NCBI GenBank assembly: GCA_035295545.1
Contig: DATGIT010000010.1
Span: 76,513 to 140,512, forward strand
Direction: 5' to 3'
Source: Candidatus Binataceae bacterium
GTDB lineage: Bacteria > Desulfobacterota > Binatia > Binatales > Binataceae
Length of the DNA stretch: 64,000 nucleotides
In this document: positions 18,494 through 26,921 of the stretch, in pieces
How the letters are laid out: each line of letters begins with the position of its first letter
Numbering within the stretch: the stretch's first letter is position 1
The notes under the pieces: generated by a model
The model's database searches: none
The model's input: only the letters and a program-made list of their open reading frames with translations
What the model was told of the DNA's origin: nothing
Made by a program: the position numbers and the translations under genes

Positions 18494-19202
18494 GACCGCC
18501 TCCCGTGATCATCGCGAGCAGGTCGCGCGGATGCAGCAGCACCAGCGTGAGATGCGTGAGCACGAAAAGCGCGATCAGCACCAGCCCCAGCAAATGCACA
18601 ACGCGCGCCGCATCATAGCCGCCGAACAGCGCCAACAGCCAGTGCAGCTGGACCGGCTTGTAAATAACCAGTCCCGAGAGCACCTGCAGCGCGATGATAA
18701 TCACGATCGAGCTGTACGCGAAGCGCTGCAGCCCGTTGTAAAACTCGGGCGGCGGAGCGGTCCGGCGTACGCGCAGATAGTAGCCCAACATCCTGGCGGC
18801 GTTGACGGCGTCGCGCGCCGGCAGGAACATCCGTCGCCGCCACTCGCCGCGTGTGAAAAAATAGGCGAGATAAATCGCGCCGTTCATCACCAGCAGCCAC
18901 GCGATCGCGAAATGCCATTGCCGTCCGCCGGCGAGCCATCCCCCGAGCCTTGACCATTGCGGCGGAGCGACATCCTGCCACGGGTACCATGCGTATTGCG
19001 CGCCTTGCGGCCCGAGCGACGGGTAGGCGGCGAAAATCTGCAACCCGCTGCCCGCCATCAGGACGATAAATACCGCATTCAGCCAATGGTTGAGCCGGAT
19101 GATCAGAGGCTGAGCGCGGCGTCCGCGAAATCGCGAAACGGCGGACGGCTTTGCGCCTTCGCTGCATTTCACCGCCGCGCCGGTTTGCGCCGCGCCACTC
19201 AT
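18486..19202 (-). CDS. Cytochrome b561-family membrane haem protein (PF01292-like)
   Basis: RLNHWLNAVFIVLMAGSGLQIF His-containing first TM helix and four TM helices. Start reassigned to the ATG at 19202, which forms an ATGA overlap with the stop of the upstream small gene. The 95-aa N-terminal extension in the track ORF is rejected. Confidence 0.65.
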   Translation of the reverse strand: MSGAAQTGAAVKCSEGAKPSAVSRFRGRRAQPLIIRLNHWLNAVFIVLMAGSGLQIFAAYPSLGPQGAQYAWYPWQDVAPPQWSRLGGWLAGGRQWHFAIAWLLVMNGAIYLAYFFTRGEWRRRMFLPARDAVNAARMLGYYLRVRRTAPPPEFYNGLQRFAYSSIVIIIALQVLSGLVIYKPVQLHWLLALFGGYDAARVVHLLGLVLIALFVLTHLTLVLLHPRDLLAMITGGGRD

Positions 19203-19525
19203 TTGCCGTTCATGCCTTCGGGCCGCATCATTGCCCTGGGCTTGCCGCCTTCCATGATCTCGCCATCCGTCATTACCACTTGGCCGTCCTTGAGCTGCCG
19301 GCGTCGGCCGTCCGGCAGACGCACCTCGCCGTTGGGCGCGACCACCGCGCCATTGGACATCGTAACCGCCGCGGCGATCGGTTCGGTGGCTTTGCCGCTT
19401 TTCACGATCATCACTTTGCCTGCGCGCATAATCAGACCGTCGATGCCATCCGATTGCGCGCGGCCGGGAGCGCTCAAGATCGCGCACATCGCCGCAACAA
19501 TGATAGTTACTGTTTGCCCCCGCAT
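19199..19525 (-). CDS. Small secreted protein of unknown function (108 aa, signal peptide)
   Basis: N-terminal signal peptide (MRGQTVTIIVAAMCAILSAPGRAQS). Gly/Val-rich repetitive mature region. Translationally coupled (ATGA) to the cytochrome b561 gene. Confidence 0.5.
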   Translation of the reverse strand: MRGQTVTIIVAAMCAILSAPGRAQSDGIDGLIMRAGKVMIVKSGKATEPIAAAVTMSNGAVVAPNGEVRLPDGRRRQLKDGQVVMTDGEIMEGGKPRAMMRPEGMNGK

Positions 19526-19565
19526 AAGTTACACCCTGGTGTGCCGGTTGGAACTGCCTCGATTT

Positions 19566-20045
19566 CTAAATCGAGCGCTCCATCCGGCGATGCATGATCC
19601 CGGCTTCCTCGAACATCTCGCCGACCGGGACAAAGCCCTGCTTGCAGTAAAATTCCTCGGCGTGAAGCTGCGCGTCGAGCACCGCGCGACGAAATCCGGC
19701 GTTTCTCGCGCGCTCCATAAGGAACAGCAGCAACCGGCGCCCGATACCTCTGCCGCGCTGCTCCCGCATGACGGCCATCCGGCCGATCTTCACGTAGTCA
19801 TCGTGCGCGACCATGCGTCCGCATCCGACCGGCCGCCCGTCTTGCAGCGCCAGCGCATGAATCGCGCGCGCGTCGTCCTCGTCGAGTTCTATTTCTTCAG
19901 GTACGCCTTGTTCTTCGATAAACACCCGCCGGCGGATCGCCCACGCCTCGGCCATGCGCGTTCGATCGCCGGCGACCTCGAGCACGACGATTTGCGCGCG
20001 GCCGCCCATCGCTTCTGCACTACCGCGCACAGAAGGATATCGCAA
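19566..20045 (-). CDS. GNAT family N-acetyltransferase
   Basis: Acetyl-CoA binding motif region (REQRGRGIGRRLLLFLMERARNAGFRRAVLDAQ). Confidence 0.7.
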   Translation of the reverse strand: MRYPSVRGSAEAMGGRAQIVVLEVAGDRTRMAEAWAIRRRVFIEEQGVPEEIELDEDDARAIHALALQDGRPVGCGRMVAHDDYVKIGRMAVMREQRGRGIGRRLLLFLMERARNAGFRRAVLDAQLHAEEFYCKQGFVPVGEMFEEAGIMHRRMERSI

Positions 20046-20154
20046 ACCGCGCGCATCGCGGAGTTCGGTTCGCGTTTGAACGCGTGCGAGGGCATTATGC
20101 TAGGCTTTCGAGCACCGGCCGCACACGAATGCAGCAGGGGAGGCGCGAAGCGCG

Positions 20155-20952
20155 ATGGCGAAGGACGCCCAAAGGGCGAGCGACGAGCAGATACTCGAAG
20201 CGGCGGAAATGCTGCTCGCGGCGCGCTATCCGATCGCGCTGACCGGCGCCGGAATGTCGGTCGAAAGCGGGATTCCGCCGTTTCGCGGGCCGGGCGGGCT
20301 GTGGACCAAGTACGGCGAGCCGCCGATGAACGGCTACCAGATTTTCCTCGCCGATCCCAGGAAGGGATGGGAGGACCGGATCAGGCGCCAGGACGACGAG
20401 CTGTTTGCGCCGCTCAAGGTGGCCGAGCCCAATCCCGGACATCATGCCTTCGTCGAGCTCGAGCGGTTGGGCGTGCTGCGCTTTCTCATCACGCAGAACG
20501 TTGACGATCTTCATCGCCGCGCCGGCCATCGGGCGCTGGCCGAGATTCACGGCAACTGGAAGCTCATCCGATGCCTCGAGTGCGGAAGGCGGTTTCCGGC
20601 CGAGGAAATCAGCCTCGAGATTCTGCCGCCACCGTGTCCGAAATGCGGCGGACTGCTCAAGGCGGACACGGTCTCGTTTGGCGAGCCCATCCCGCCCGAC
20701 GTTCTGCGCGAGTGCGCCGACCATTCGGCGCGCGCCGACCTGGTGATCCTGGGCGGCACCTCGGCGACGGTCTATCCGGCAGCCGGCTTCGCGATCGAGG
20801 TCAAGGAGCGCGGAGGCAAGCTGATCGAGGTGAACCTCTACAACTCCGAGATCACCGCGCTTTGCGATCTGAGCCTGCGCGGCGGAGCGGCCGACGTGAT
20901 GCCGCGATTGAGCCGCGCGATCGCCGAGCGCCGCCGCGCCCGCATGTCGTAA
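20155..20952 (+). CDS. NAD-dependent protein deacylase (sirtuin, Sir2 family)
   Basis: GAGMSVESGIPPFRG NAD-binding motif. Zn ribbon CxxC...CxxC (CLECG...CPKCGG). Catalytic His. Confidence 0.85.
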   Translation: MAKDAQRASDEQILEAAEMLLAARYPIALTGAGMSVESGIPPFRGPGGLWTKYGEPPMNGYQIFLADPRKGWEDRIRRQDDELFAPLKVAEPNPGHHAFVELERLGVLRFLITQNVDDLHRRAGHRALAEIHGNWKLIRCLECGRRFPAEEISLEILPPPCPKCGGLLKADTVSFGEPIPPDVLRECADHSARADLVILGGTSATVYPAAGFAIEVKERGGKLIEVNLYNSEITALCDLSLRGGAADVMPRLSRAIAERRRARMS

Positions 20953-21089
20953 GCTCGATTTTCATTTTTCAATTTCGTTCTCCGCCCGGACCGGCCGTCC
21001 CGCATCGGCAGGGCACGCCGTTTGCTGTTGAGCCCTGCGCTTTCAAGCGCCTCGCTCGAAAGCATGGGAGCTTGTGCGAGGTGGATGCG

Positions 21090-22574
21090 ATGGATGCACA
21101 GCGGGCGGGCAGTGCGGTGCCCGGTTTGCAGGCAACGACAGCCGAGCCGCAGCCGCTCAACGAGATGTTCGACGCGCAGGGCCGCTCGCGGCCCGAGTGC
21201 GCGCGCGTCATCGCTTACCTGCTGGCGCTCGGACCGGGCAGGCTGGCGGAACTCGGCGAGCGCGCGCATCGCATGTTCCGCACGATGGGCGTGACGTTCA
21301 AGGTCTATGGCGATCATGAAGGCGGCGAACGCATCTTTCCCTTCGACCCGATCCCGCGCATTATTGCGGCTCCGGTCTGGGCCGAACTCGAAGCCGGCCT
21401 GATCCAACGCGCGCGGGCGCTGAACGCCTTCGTGGCCGACATCTATGCCGAGGCGCAAATCGTCAGGGACGGTGTCGTTCCGCGCGATCTCATAGTCGGT
21501 TCGCCGCAATTCCGCCATGCGGCGACCGGTATTCTGCCGCCGGGCGGCGTCTACATTACGGTTGCGGGAATCGACCTCGTGCGCGGCGCCGACAGCCGCT
21601 TCCATGTGCTCGAGGACAACGTGCGCACGCCCTCGGGCGTGTCGTACGTGATCGAGAACCGGCGCATCATGACGCGGCTGATGCCGGAGCTGATTCGCGG
21701 CCTGCGCGTCAGCAGCGTCGAGAACTATCCCGCCTACCTGCTCGCCGCGCTGCGCGAGATCGCGCCGTCCGGCATCGGCGACCCGACGGTGGCGCTGCTC
21801 ACGCCGGGCCCCTTCAATTCGGCGTTCTTCGAGCATGTGTTCCTGTCGCAGCAGATGGGCATCGAGCTGGTCGAGGGCCGCGACCTGGTCTGCGTCGATC
21901 ACAAGCTCTTCATGAAGACCGTGTACGGCCTTAAGCGGGTCGACGTGCTCTACCGCAGGATCGACGACGACTTTCTCGACCCGGTCGTGTTCCGTCCCGA
22001 TTCGATGCTGGGTGTTGCCGGTCTGACGGCCGTGCTGCGCGCGGGCAACGCGACGCTGGCCAACGCGATCGGCACCGGCGTCGCCGATGACAAGGCGGTT
22101 TACGCGTATACGCCGGCGATGATCCGTTACTACCTGGGCGAGTCCGCGCTGCTGCCGATTGTCGAGACCCATCTGTTGCGCGATCCCGACGTGCGGCAGA
22201 CGGTGCTGCGCGATCTCGATCGTTACGTGGTCAAACCCACCGGCGCCTCGGGCGGCTACGGCGTCGTCATCGGGCCCCGTGCGACGGACGAGGAGCTGGC
22301 GCAGGCGCGCAAACGGATCGAGGCCGCGCCGGCCGGTTTCATCGCCCAGCCGCTCTTTCCGCTCTCGGTGCATCCGACGCTCACCGGCGAGACGGTTGAC
22401 GGAAAGCCGGCGATGGCTTCGCGCCACGTCGATCTGCGGCCGTTCGTGCTGCTCGGGGCAAAGCCGCGCGTGCTCGCCGGCGGACTGACGCGGGTCGCGC
22501 TGCGCGAAGGATCGCTGATTGTGAACTCGTCGCAGGGCGGGGGCAGCAAAGATACCTGGGTGCTGGAGGAATAG
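21090..22574 (+). CDS. Circularly permuted ATP-grasp protein (COG2308/DUF404-type amidoligase)
   Basis: ATG at 21090 in frame with track ORF 20571..22574, about 494 aa. Characteristic length and gene neighbourhood. The upstream part of the track ORF overlaps the sirtuin. Confidence 0.75.
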   Translation: MDAQRAGSAVPGLQATTAEPQPLNEMFDAQGRSRPECARVIAYLLALGPGRLAELGERAHRMFRTMGVTFKVYGDHEGGERIFPFDPIPRIIAAPVWAELEAGLIQRARALNAFVADIYAEAQIVRDGVVPRDLIVGSPQFRHAATGILPPGGVYITVAGIDLVRGADSRFHVLEDNVRTPSGVSYVIENRRIMTRLMPELIRGLRVSSVENYPAYLLAALREIAPSGIGDPTVALLTPGPFNSAFFEHVFLSQQMGIELVEGRDLVCVDHKLFMKTVYGLKRVDVLYRRIDDDFLDPVVFRPDSMLGVAGLTAVLRAGNATLANAIGTGVADDKAVYAYTPAMIRYYLGESALLPIVETHLLRDPDVRQTVLRDLDRYVVKPTGASGGYGVVIGPRATDEELAQARKRIEAAPAGFIAQPLFPLSVHPTLTGETVDGKPAMASRHVDLRPFVLLGAKPRVLAGGLTRVALREGSLIVNSSQGGGSKDTWVLEE

Positions 22575-23518
22575 TGCTGCGGCGGATTGCGGGGTCGTTG
22601 TTCTGGGCGGCGCGTTATCTCGAACGCGCGCAATGGCGCGCGCGCCTGGTCGACGTCAACTACCATCTGCTGCTCGAGGTGCCGCCGCGCGACGCCGACC
22701 CCTGGGAGCCGCTGGTGCGGATCACCGCCGAGCACGACCTGTTCGCGGCCAAGCACAGCCACGCCGGCGAGACCGCGGTGATCGACTTCTTCGTCTTCGA
22801 TCGGGAGCACCGTTCTTCGATCCGCAGTTGCATCGAGGCGGTGCGGGCCAATCTGAGCCCGCTGCGCCATCTCATTTCCTCCGAGCTGTGGCTTGCGGTG
22901 AATCGGCTCTATCTCGAGGTCCAGGGATGGTCGGCGCAGACGCTGGCGGCCGGCGGCGTGTCGAATTTTTTTACCGAGCTCAAGCGGCACTTCTTTATGC
23001 TCGAGGGCATCGTTGCCCACACGATGCCGCGCGACCTGACGTACGACGTGATCGAGCTGGGCACGATGCTCGAGCGGCTCGACAACGTCTCGCGCCTCCT
23101 CGACGTGAAGTACCATTACCTGCTGCCGCGCCTCGAGGACATCGGCGGCCCGGCGGACCTGCGCCAGTGGGCCGCGGTGCTGCGCAGCGCGTCGGCCTTC
23201 GAGGCTTTTCGCCGATGCTACGGCAACGCCATCCGCGTGAACCGAGTGGTGGCGATCCTGGTCTTCGATCCGGAGTTTCCGCGCTCGATGCGCTTTTGCA
23301 TCGAACGCGCCGCGCAGGCGCTCGAGCGGATTTCAGTGCGGCAAGAGAGCTCGGCACCGTCCGCCGCCGCGCCCTGCGCGGAGCTGCTGGCGATACTGGG
23401 TCGGGGCGACGCCGATACGACCATCGAATCCGGATTGCACGAATTTCTGATCGACGCCGAGCGGCGATGCGCACAACTGGCCGACCGCGTGTTCGATCGC
23501 TACATGGCGCTGGAATAG
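22574..23518 (+). CDS. Alpha-E domain protein (COG2307/DUF403)
   Basis: Start overlaps the ATP-grasp stop (TAGTG). 314-aa all-alpha protein. Obligate partner of the circularly permuted ATP-grasp. Confidence 0.75.
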   Translation: MLRRIAGSLFWAARYLERAQWRARLVDVNYHLLLEVPPRDADPWEPLVRITAEHDLFAAKHSHAGETAVIDFFVFDREHRSSIRSCIEAVRANLSPLRHLISSELWLAVNRLYLEVQGWSAQTLAAGGVSNFFTELKRHFFMLEGIVAHTMPRDLTYDVIELGTMLERLDNVSRLLDVKYHYLLPRLEDIGGPADLRQWAAVLRSASAFEAFRRCYGNAIRVNRVVAILVFDPEFPRSMRFCIERAAQALERISVRQESSAPSAAAPCAELLAILGRGDADTTIESGLHEFLIDAERRCAQLADRVFDRYMALE

Positions 23519-23528
23519 GCTTTGGCCG

Positions 23529-24431
23529 ATGCTGGTGCGGATAAGCCATACCACCCGCTTCGTGTACGACGAGCCGGCCGCCGATTCGCACAACGACCTG
23601 CGGCTGCGTCCGCTCGACGACGCCGGCCAGCGCTGTCTCGAGTTCGAGCTGAGCGTCAGCCGGCCCGCCGCGGTGCTCGCGTACCGTGACTTCTTCGGCA
23701 ATGCGGCGCATTCGGTATCCGTCAGCGCTCCGCACCGCGAACTGACCATCGTGGCACGCTCGCTGGTCGACCGCGTGGACCCGCCGATGAAGCGTCATCC
23801 GGCGACGGCCTTCGATGACTTTCTTGCCGCCGACGACCGACATCTCAGGGATTTCTGCGAATTCCTCGGCGCCAGCCTTTACGTTCCGTTCAGCGAACGT
23901 CTGCAGCGGCTGTTCTGGATGGCGCGGCCGCGCGAGAGCGAGGACGTCGCCGGCTACGTGGCGCGAATCGTCGCCTGGGTCCGCGACCAGTTCGATTACC
24001 AGAAAGCGCGCACCCACGTTCACTCCAACCTGGACGACATCCTGAAAACCGGCAGCGGCGTATGCCAGGATTTTGCCCATCTCACCATTGGCATCCTGCG
24101 CCTGGCCGGAGTTCCCGCAAGGTACGTCTCCGGCTACCTGGCGCCGGCTACATCATCCGGCGGCGGCCCGTTGGGCGAACAGGCGAGCCATGCATGGCTC
24201 GAGGCATGGCTGCCGCATGCGGGATGGACCGGCTTCGATCCGACGCATCGCTACCGCACCGACGAGCGCCATATCCGGATGGCGGTCGGGCGCGATTACG
24301 GCGACGTGCCGCCGCTGCGCGGGATGTACCGGAGCAATGGAGCGAGCCAGGCAATGACGATCGATCTCAAGATCGAGCCCGCCGCCGCGGCCTGCGGCGT
24401 CGGCGCTGCGCCGGGCTGCCAGGCGCAATGA
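23529..24431 (+). CDS. Transglutaminase-like cysteine peptidase domain protein (COG1305)
   Basis: Catalytic Cys motif GVCQDFAHLTIGILRLAGVPARYVSGY and downstream His/Asp. Third member of the conserved triad. Confidence 0.8.
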   Translation: MLVRISHTTRFVYDEPAADSHNDLRLRPLDDAGQRCLEFELSVSRPAAVLAYRDFFGNAAHSVSVSAPHRELTIVARSLVDRVDPPMKRHPATAFDDFLAADDRHLRDFCEFLGASLYVPFSERLQRLFWMARPRESEDVAGYVARIVAWVRDQFDYQKARTHVHSNLDDILKTGSGVCQDFAHLTIGILRLAGVPARYVSGYLAPATSSGGGPLGEQASHAWLEAWLPHAGWTGFDPTHRYRTDERHIRMAVGRDYGDVPPLRGMYRSNGASQAMTIDLKIEPAAAACGVGAAPGCQAQ

Positions 24432-24534
24432 GCGCATCGAGAGCCGCCGCCGCGCGAAGCGTCGCGCGGGCGGCGTCCGCATCCGGCAGCGCGGCTTCCG
24501 CGCCGATTGGCCGACAGGCGGCGCGCGCGCCGGC

Positions 24535-25614
24535 CTAAGGCCGGCGCAAGTCCTGGATGATTTCGCGCGCCGCGCCGCGATCGTGCTCGGTGCGGATCGG
24601 AATTTCGAATTCGAAGCGATTGACGTCGGCGAGGCGCTTCTTCATGACGTCCGCGATTTCACGGTAGGTGCCCACGACGGCGAACGCGCGCACCATCTCC
24701 TCGCTGACCAGGCCCGCCATCTCGCGCCATTTCTGCTGCACCGACAGCCGATGAAGCTGCTCGGCGCGATCGCCCCATCCCTCGAGCTCGAAACTTGCGC
24801 GGTACGAGCGCGTCGAGCCGTAGAACGCGACCGTCTGCTTCATCTTCTCGACCGCGCGTGCGAGCGAGCCGCTGTCGGGCGCGGTGCAGAGAAAGGCGCC
24901 GCCGGAAACCTGGAAGTTTTTCCATTCGCCATCCGAGCGACCCGCGCGCGCGAATCCCTTGCGCAAATTGGGAAAGGCGATTTCGTCGAGATAGCGGCGC
25001 GTGCAGATGCCGTGCAGGCGGACGCCATCGCACACCTCGCCCGCGACCTGCAGCATGCGCTCCTGCACCGCTGCGATCAGCACCGGAATGCGCGGATTGG
25101 CCAGTGGCGGCGGAGCGAAGTTGGGCGTCATCAGCGAGAGCTTGTAGTGCTCGCTCTGAAAATCCAGCGGCGCTCCGGTCTGCCATGCGTTCCAGCACGC
25201 GCGCATCGCCCCGACGTAATCCTTCATCCTCTGCGCCGGCCTGGTGAAGGGCATGCCGAAACGGCGCGTGATGTGGCCCTTCACCTGCGAACCCAGCCCG
25301 AGCACGAGCCTGCCCCCGCTCATGCGCTGCAGGTCCCACGCGGTGTATGCGGTCGCGACCGGGCTGCGCGTGAACGCGAGCGCGATGCCGGTAGCCAGTT
25401 CGATGCGCGAAGGCTCCTGCGCCGCGATCGCCAGCATCAGGTAGGGATCGTGCTGGGTCTCGACCGCAACGACCGTGTCGTAGCCCAGCGCATCGGATTC
25501 GCGCACCTGTTCGCGCAGCGCGGCCCAGCTTGGCTCGGGTCTGCCGCCCGCGCCCATTTCGGGCGTGTAAGCGGCGCCGAGATTGAGCATGCGCTCGATT
25601 TTCTTCCCTGCCAT
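24535..25614 (-). CDS. LLM-class (luciferase-like) flavin/F420-dependent oxidoreductase
   Basis: TIM-barrel LLM family features across the full 359 aa. Confidence 0.8.
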   Translation of the reverse strand: MAGKKIERMLNLGAAYTPEMGAGGRPEPSWAALREQVRESDALGYDTVVAVETQHDPYLMLAIAAQEPSRIELATGIALAFTRSPVATAYTAWDLQRMSGGRLVLGLGSQVKGHITRRFGMPFTRPAQRMKDYVGAMRACWNAWQTGAPLDFQSEHYKLSLMTPNFAPPPLANPRIPVLIAAVQERMLQVAGEVCDGVRLHGICTRRYLDEIAFPNLRKGFARAGRSDGEWKNFQVSGGAFLCTAPDSGSLARAVEKMKQTVAFYGSTRSYRASFELEGWGDRAEQLHRLSVQQKWREMAGLVSEEMVRAFAVVGTYREIADVMKKRLADVNRFEFEIPIRTEHDRGAAREIIQDLRRP

Positions 25615-25636
25615 AGCGCGGGCGCGCGAGGTCGCG

Positions 25637-26881
25637 CTAGAGGATGATCCCGGGCGCAGGGAAGCGCCGGCACATCTCGGTCACTTCGCCGTTGATGCGT
25701 GCGAGCGCCGCCTCGTCATCGACGTGCGTGACCGCTTCGTCCATCCAGCGCGCAATCTGGCGCATCTCGCCTTCGCCCATCCCGCGCGAGGTCACCGCCG
25801 GCGTGCCCAGGCGCAGGCCGCTTGGGCTGAACGGCTTGCGCGGATCGTAGGGCACCGTGTTGTAGTTGCACACGATTCCCGCGCGGTCGAGCGCCTGCGC
25901 CGCCTTCTTGCCGATCACCTTCTTGTTGGTGAGATCGATGAGGATGAGATGGTTGTCGGTGCCGCCGGAGACGAGGTTGAAGCCGTGCGCGAGCAGTTCG
26001 TCGGCCATCGCTTTCGCGTTGCTCACGATCTGCCGGCCGTATTCCTTGAACTCCGGCGTCGCGGCTTCCTTGAGCGCCACGCCGATCGCGGCGGTGGTAT
26101 GATTGTGCGGGCCGCCCTGCAGGCCGGGGAAAACCGCCTTGTCGATTTTTTCCGCGAATTCCTTGCGGCACAGGATCATCGCGCCGCGCGGGCCGCGCAG
26201 GGTCTTGTGCGTCGTCGTCATCACCACGTCGGCGTAGGGCATCGGATCGGGATGTGCGCCGGCCACGATCAGACCGGCGATATGCGAGATGTCGGCGAGC
26301 ATCAGCGCGCCGACCTCCTTGGCGATCTCGCCGAAGATTTTGAAATCGAACTGGCGCGGGTAGGCGGTGGCCCCGGTGACGATGATTTTCGGCCGTTCCT
26401 TTTTCGCCAGCTCACGCACTGCGTCGTAATCGATACGTTGCGTCTCGCGATCCACCTGGTAATGCGCCGCACGCCAGAAGATGCCGGTCGCGCTCACCGC
26501 CCATCCGTGCGTCAGATGTCCGCCGTGCGGCAGCGCAAGGCCCATCAACGTGTCGCCGGGCTTGAGCAGCGCCAGGTAAATCGCGAGATTGGCGGGCGAA
26601 CCGGAGTAAGGCTGAACGTTGGCGTGCTCGGCCCCGAACAACGCCCGCGCCCGATCGGCGACCAGCGTCTCGATCCGATCGATATAGCGCTGGCCTTCGT
26701 AATAGCGCCGCCCCGAGTAGCCCTCGGAGTATTTGTTAGTCAGAATCGAGCCGGTCGCCTCGAGCACCGCGCGCGAGACGTAGTTCTCCGACGGGATTAA
26801 CCGCACGGAGTCGACCTCGTAGCGCTCCTCGGCGCGGATCAGATCGTAAATCTGAGGATCGGTCGTTTTAAGCGCGTCCAT
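25637..26881 (-). CDS. glyA: Serine hydroxymethyltransferase
   Basis: PLP-lysine motif TTTHKTLRGPRG and N-terminal LIPSENYVS. 414 aa. Confidence 0.9.
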   Translation of the reverse strand: MDALKTTDPQIYDLIRAEERYEVDSVRLIPSENYVSRAVLEATGSILTNKYSEGYSGRRYYEGQRYIDRIETLVADRARALFGAEHANVQPYSGSPANLAIYLALLKPGDTLMGLALPHGGHLTHGWAVSATGIFWRAAHYQVDRETQRIDYDAVRELAKKERPKIIVTGATAYPRQFDFKIFGEIAKEVGALMLADISHIAGLIVAGAHPDPMPYADVVMTTTHKTLRGPRGAMILCRKEFAEKIDKAVFPGLQGGPHNHTTAAIGVALKEAATPEFKEYGRQIVSNAKAMADELLAHGFNLVSGGTDNHLILIDLTNKKVIGKKAAQALDRAGIVCNYNTVPYDPRKPFSPSGLRLGTPAVTSRGMGEGEMRQIARWMDEAVTHVDDEAALARINGEVTEMCRRFPAPGIIL

Positions 26882-26921
26882 TGTCGATGCCGCCGTTGCG
26901 CACCTCGCTGCGAAATTGAAA

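Noticed and set aside
19203-19487. 95-aa N-terminal extension of the cytochrome b561 ORF (track ORF 18486..19487).
   Set aside because: The extension is Arg/Gly-rich junk and overlaps the well-formed signal-peptide ORF 19199..19525. The ATG at 19202 forms an ATGA coupling overlap and precedes the first TM helix at the expected distance.
20571-21089. Upstream 173 aa of the ATP-grasp track ORF, and similar long N-terminal extensions on cimA, the MiaB-family gene, CaiB, the Qor-family gene, recO, the RavA-like gene, NfeD and the HTH regulator.
   Set aside because: These extensions overlap the preceding genes out of frame and are compositionally junk. Internal Met starts reproduce canonical family lengths and N-terminal motifs.
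23529-24431. Idea that the transglutaminase-like protein of the ATP-grasp triad could be the lasso B2 leader peptidase for the precursor-like ORF.
   Set aside because: It is 9 kb away and embedded in the conserved COG2308-COG2307-COG1305 triad, with no RRE/B1 or AsnB-like cyclase gene. The association is not supported.
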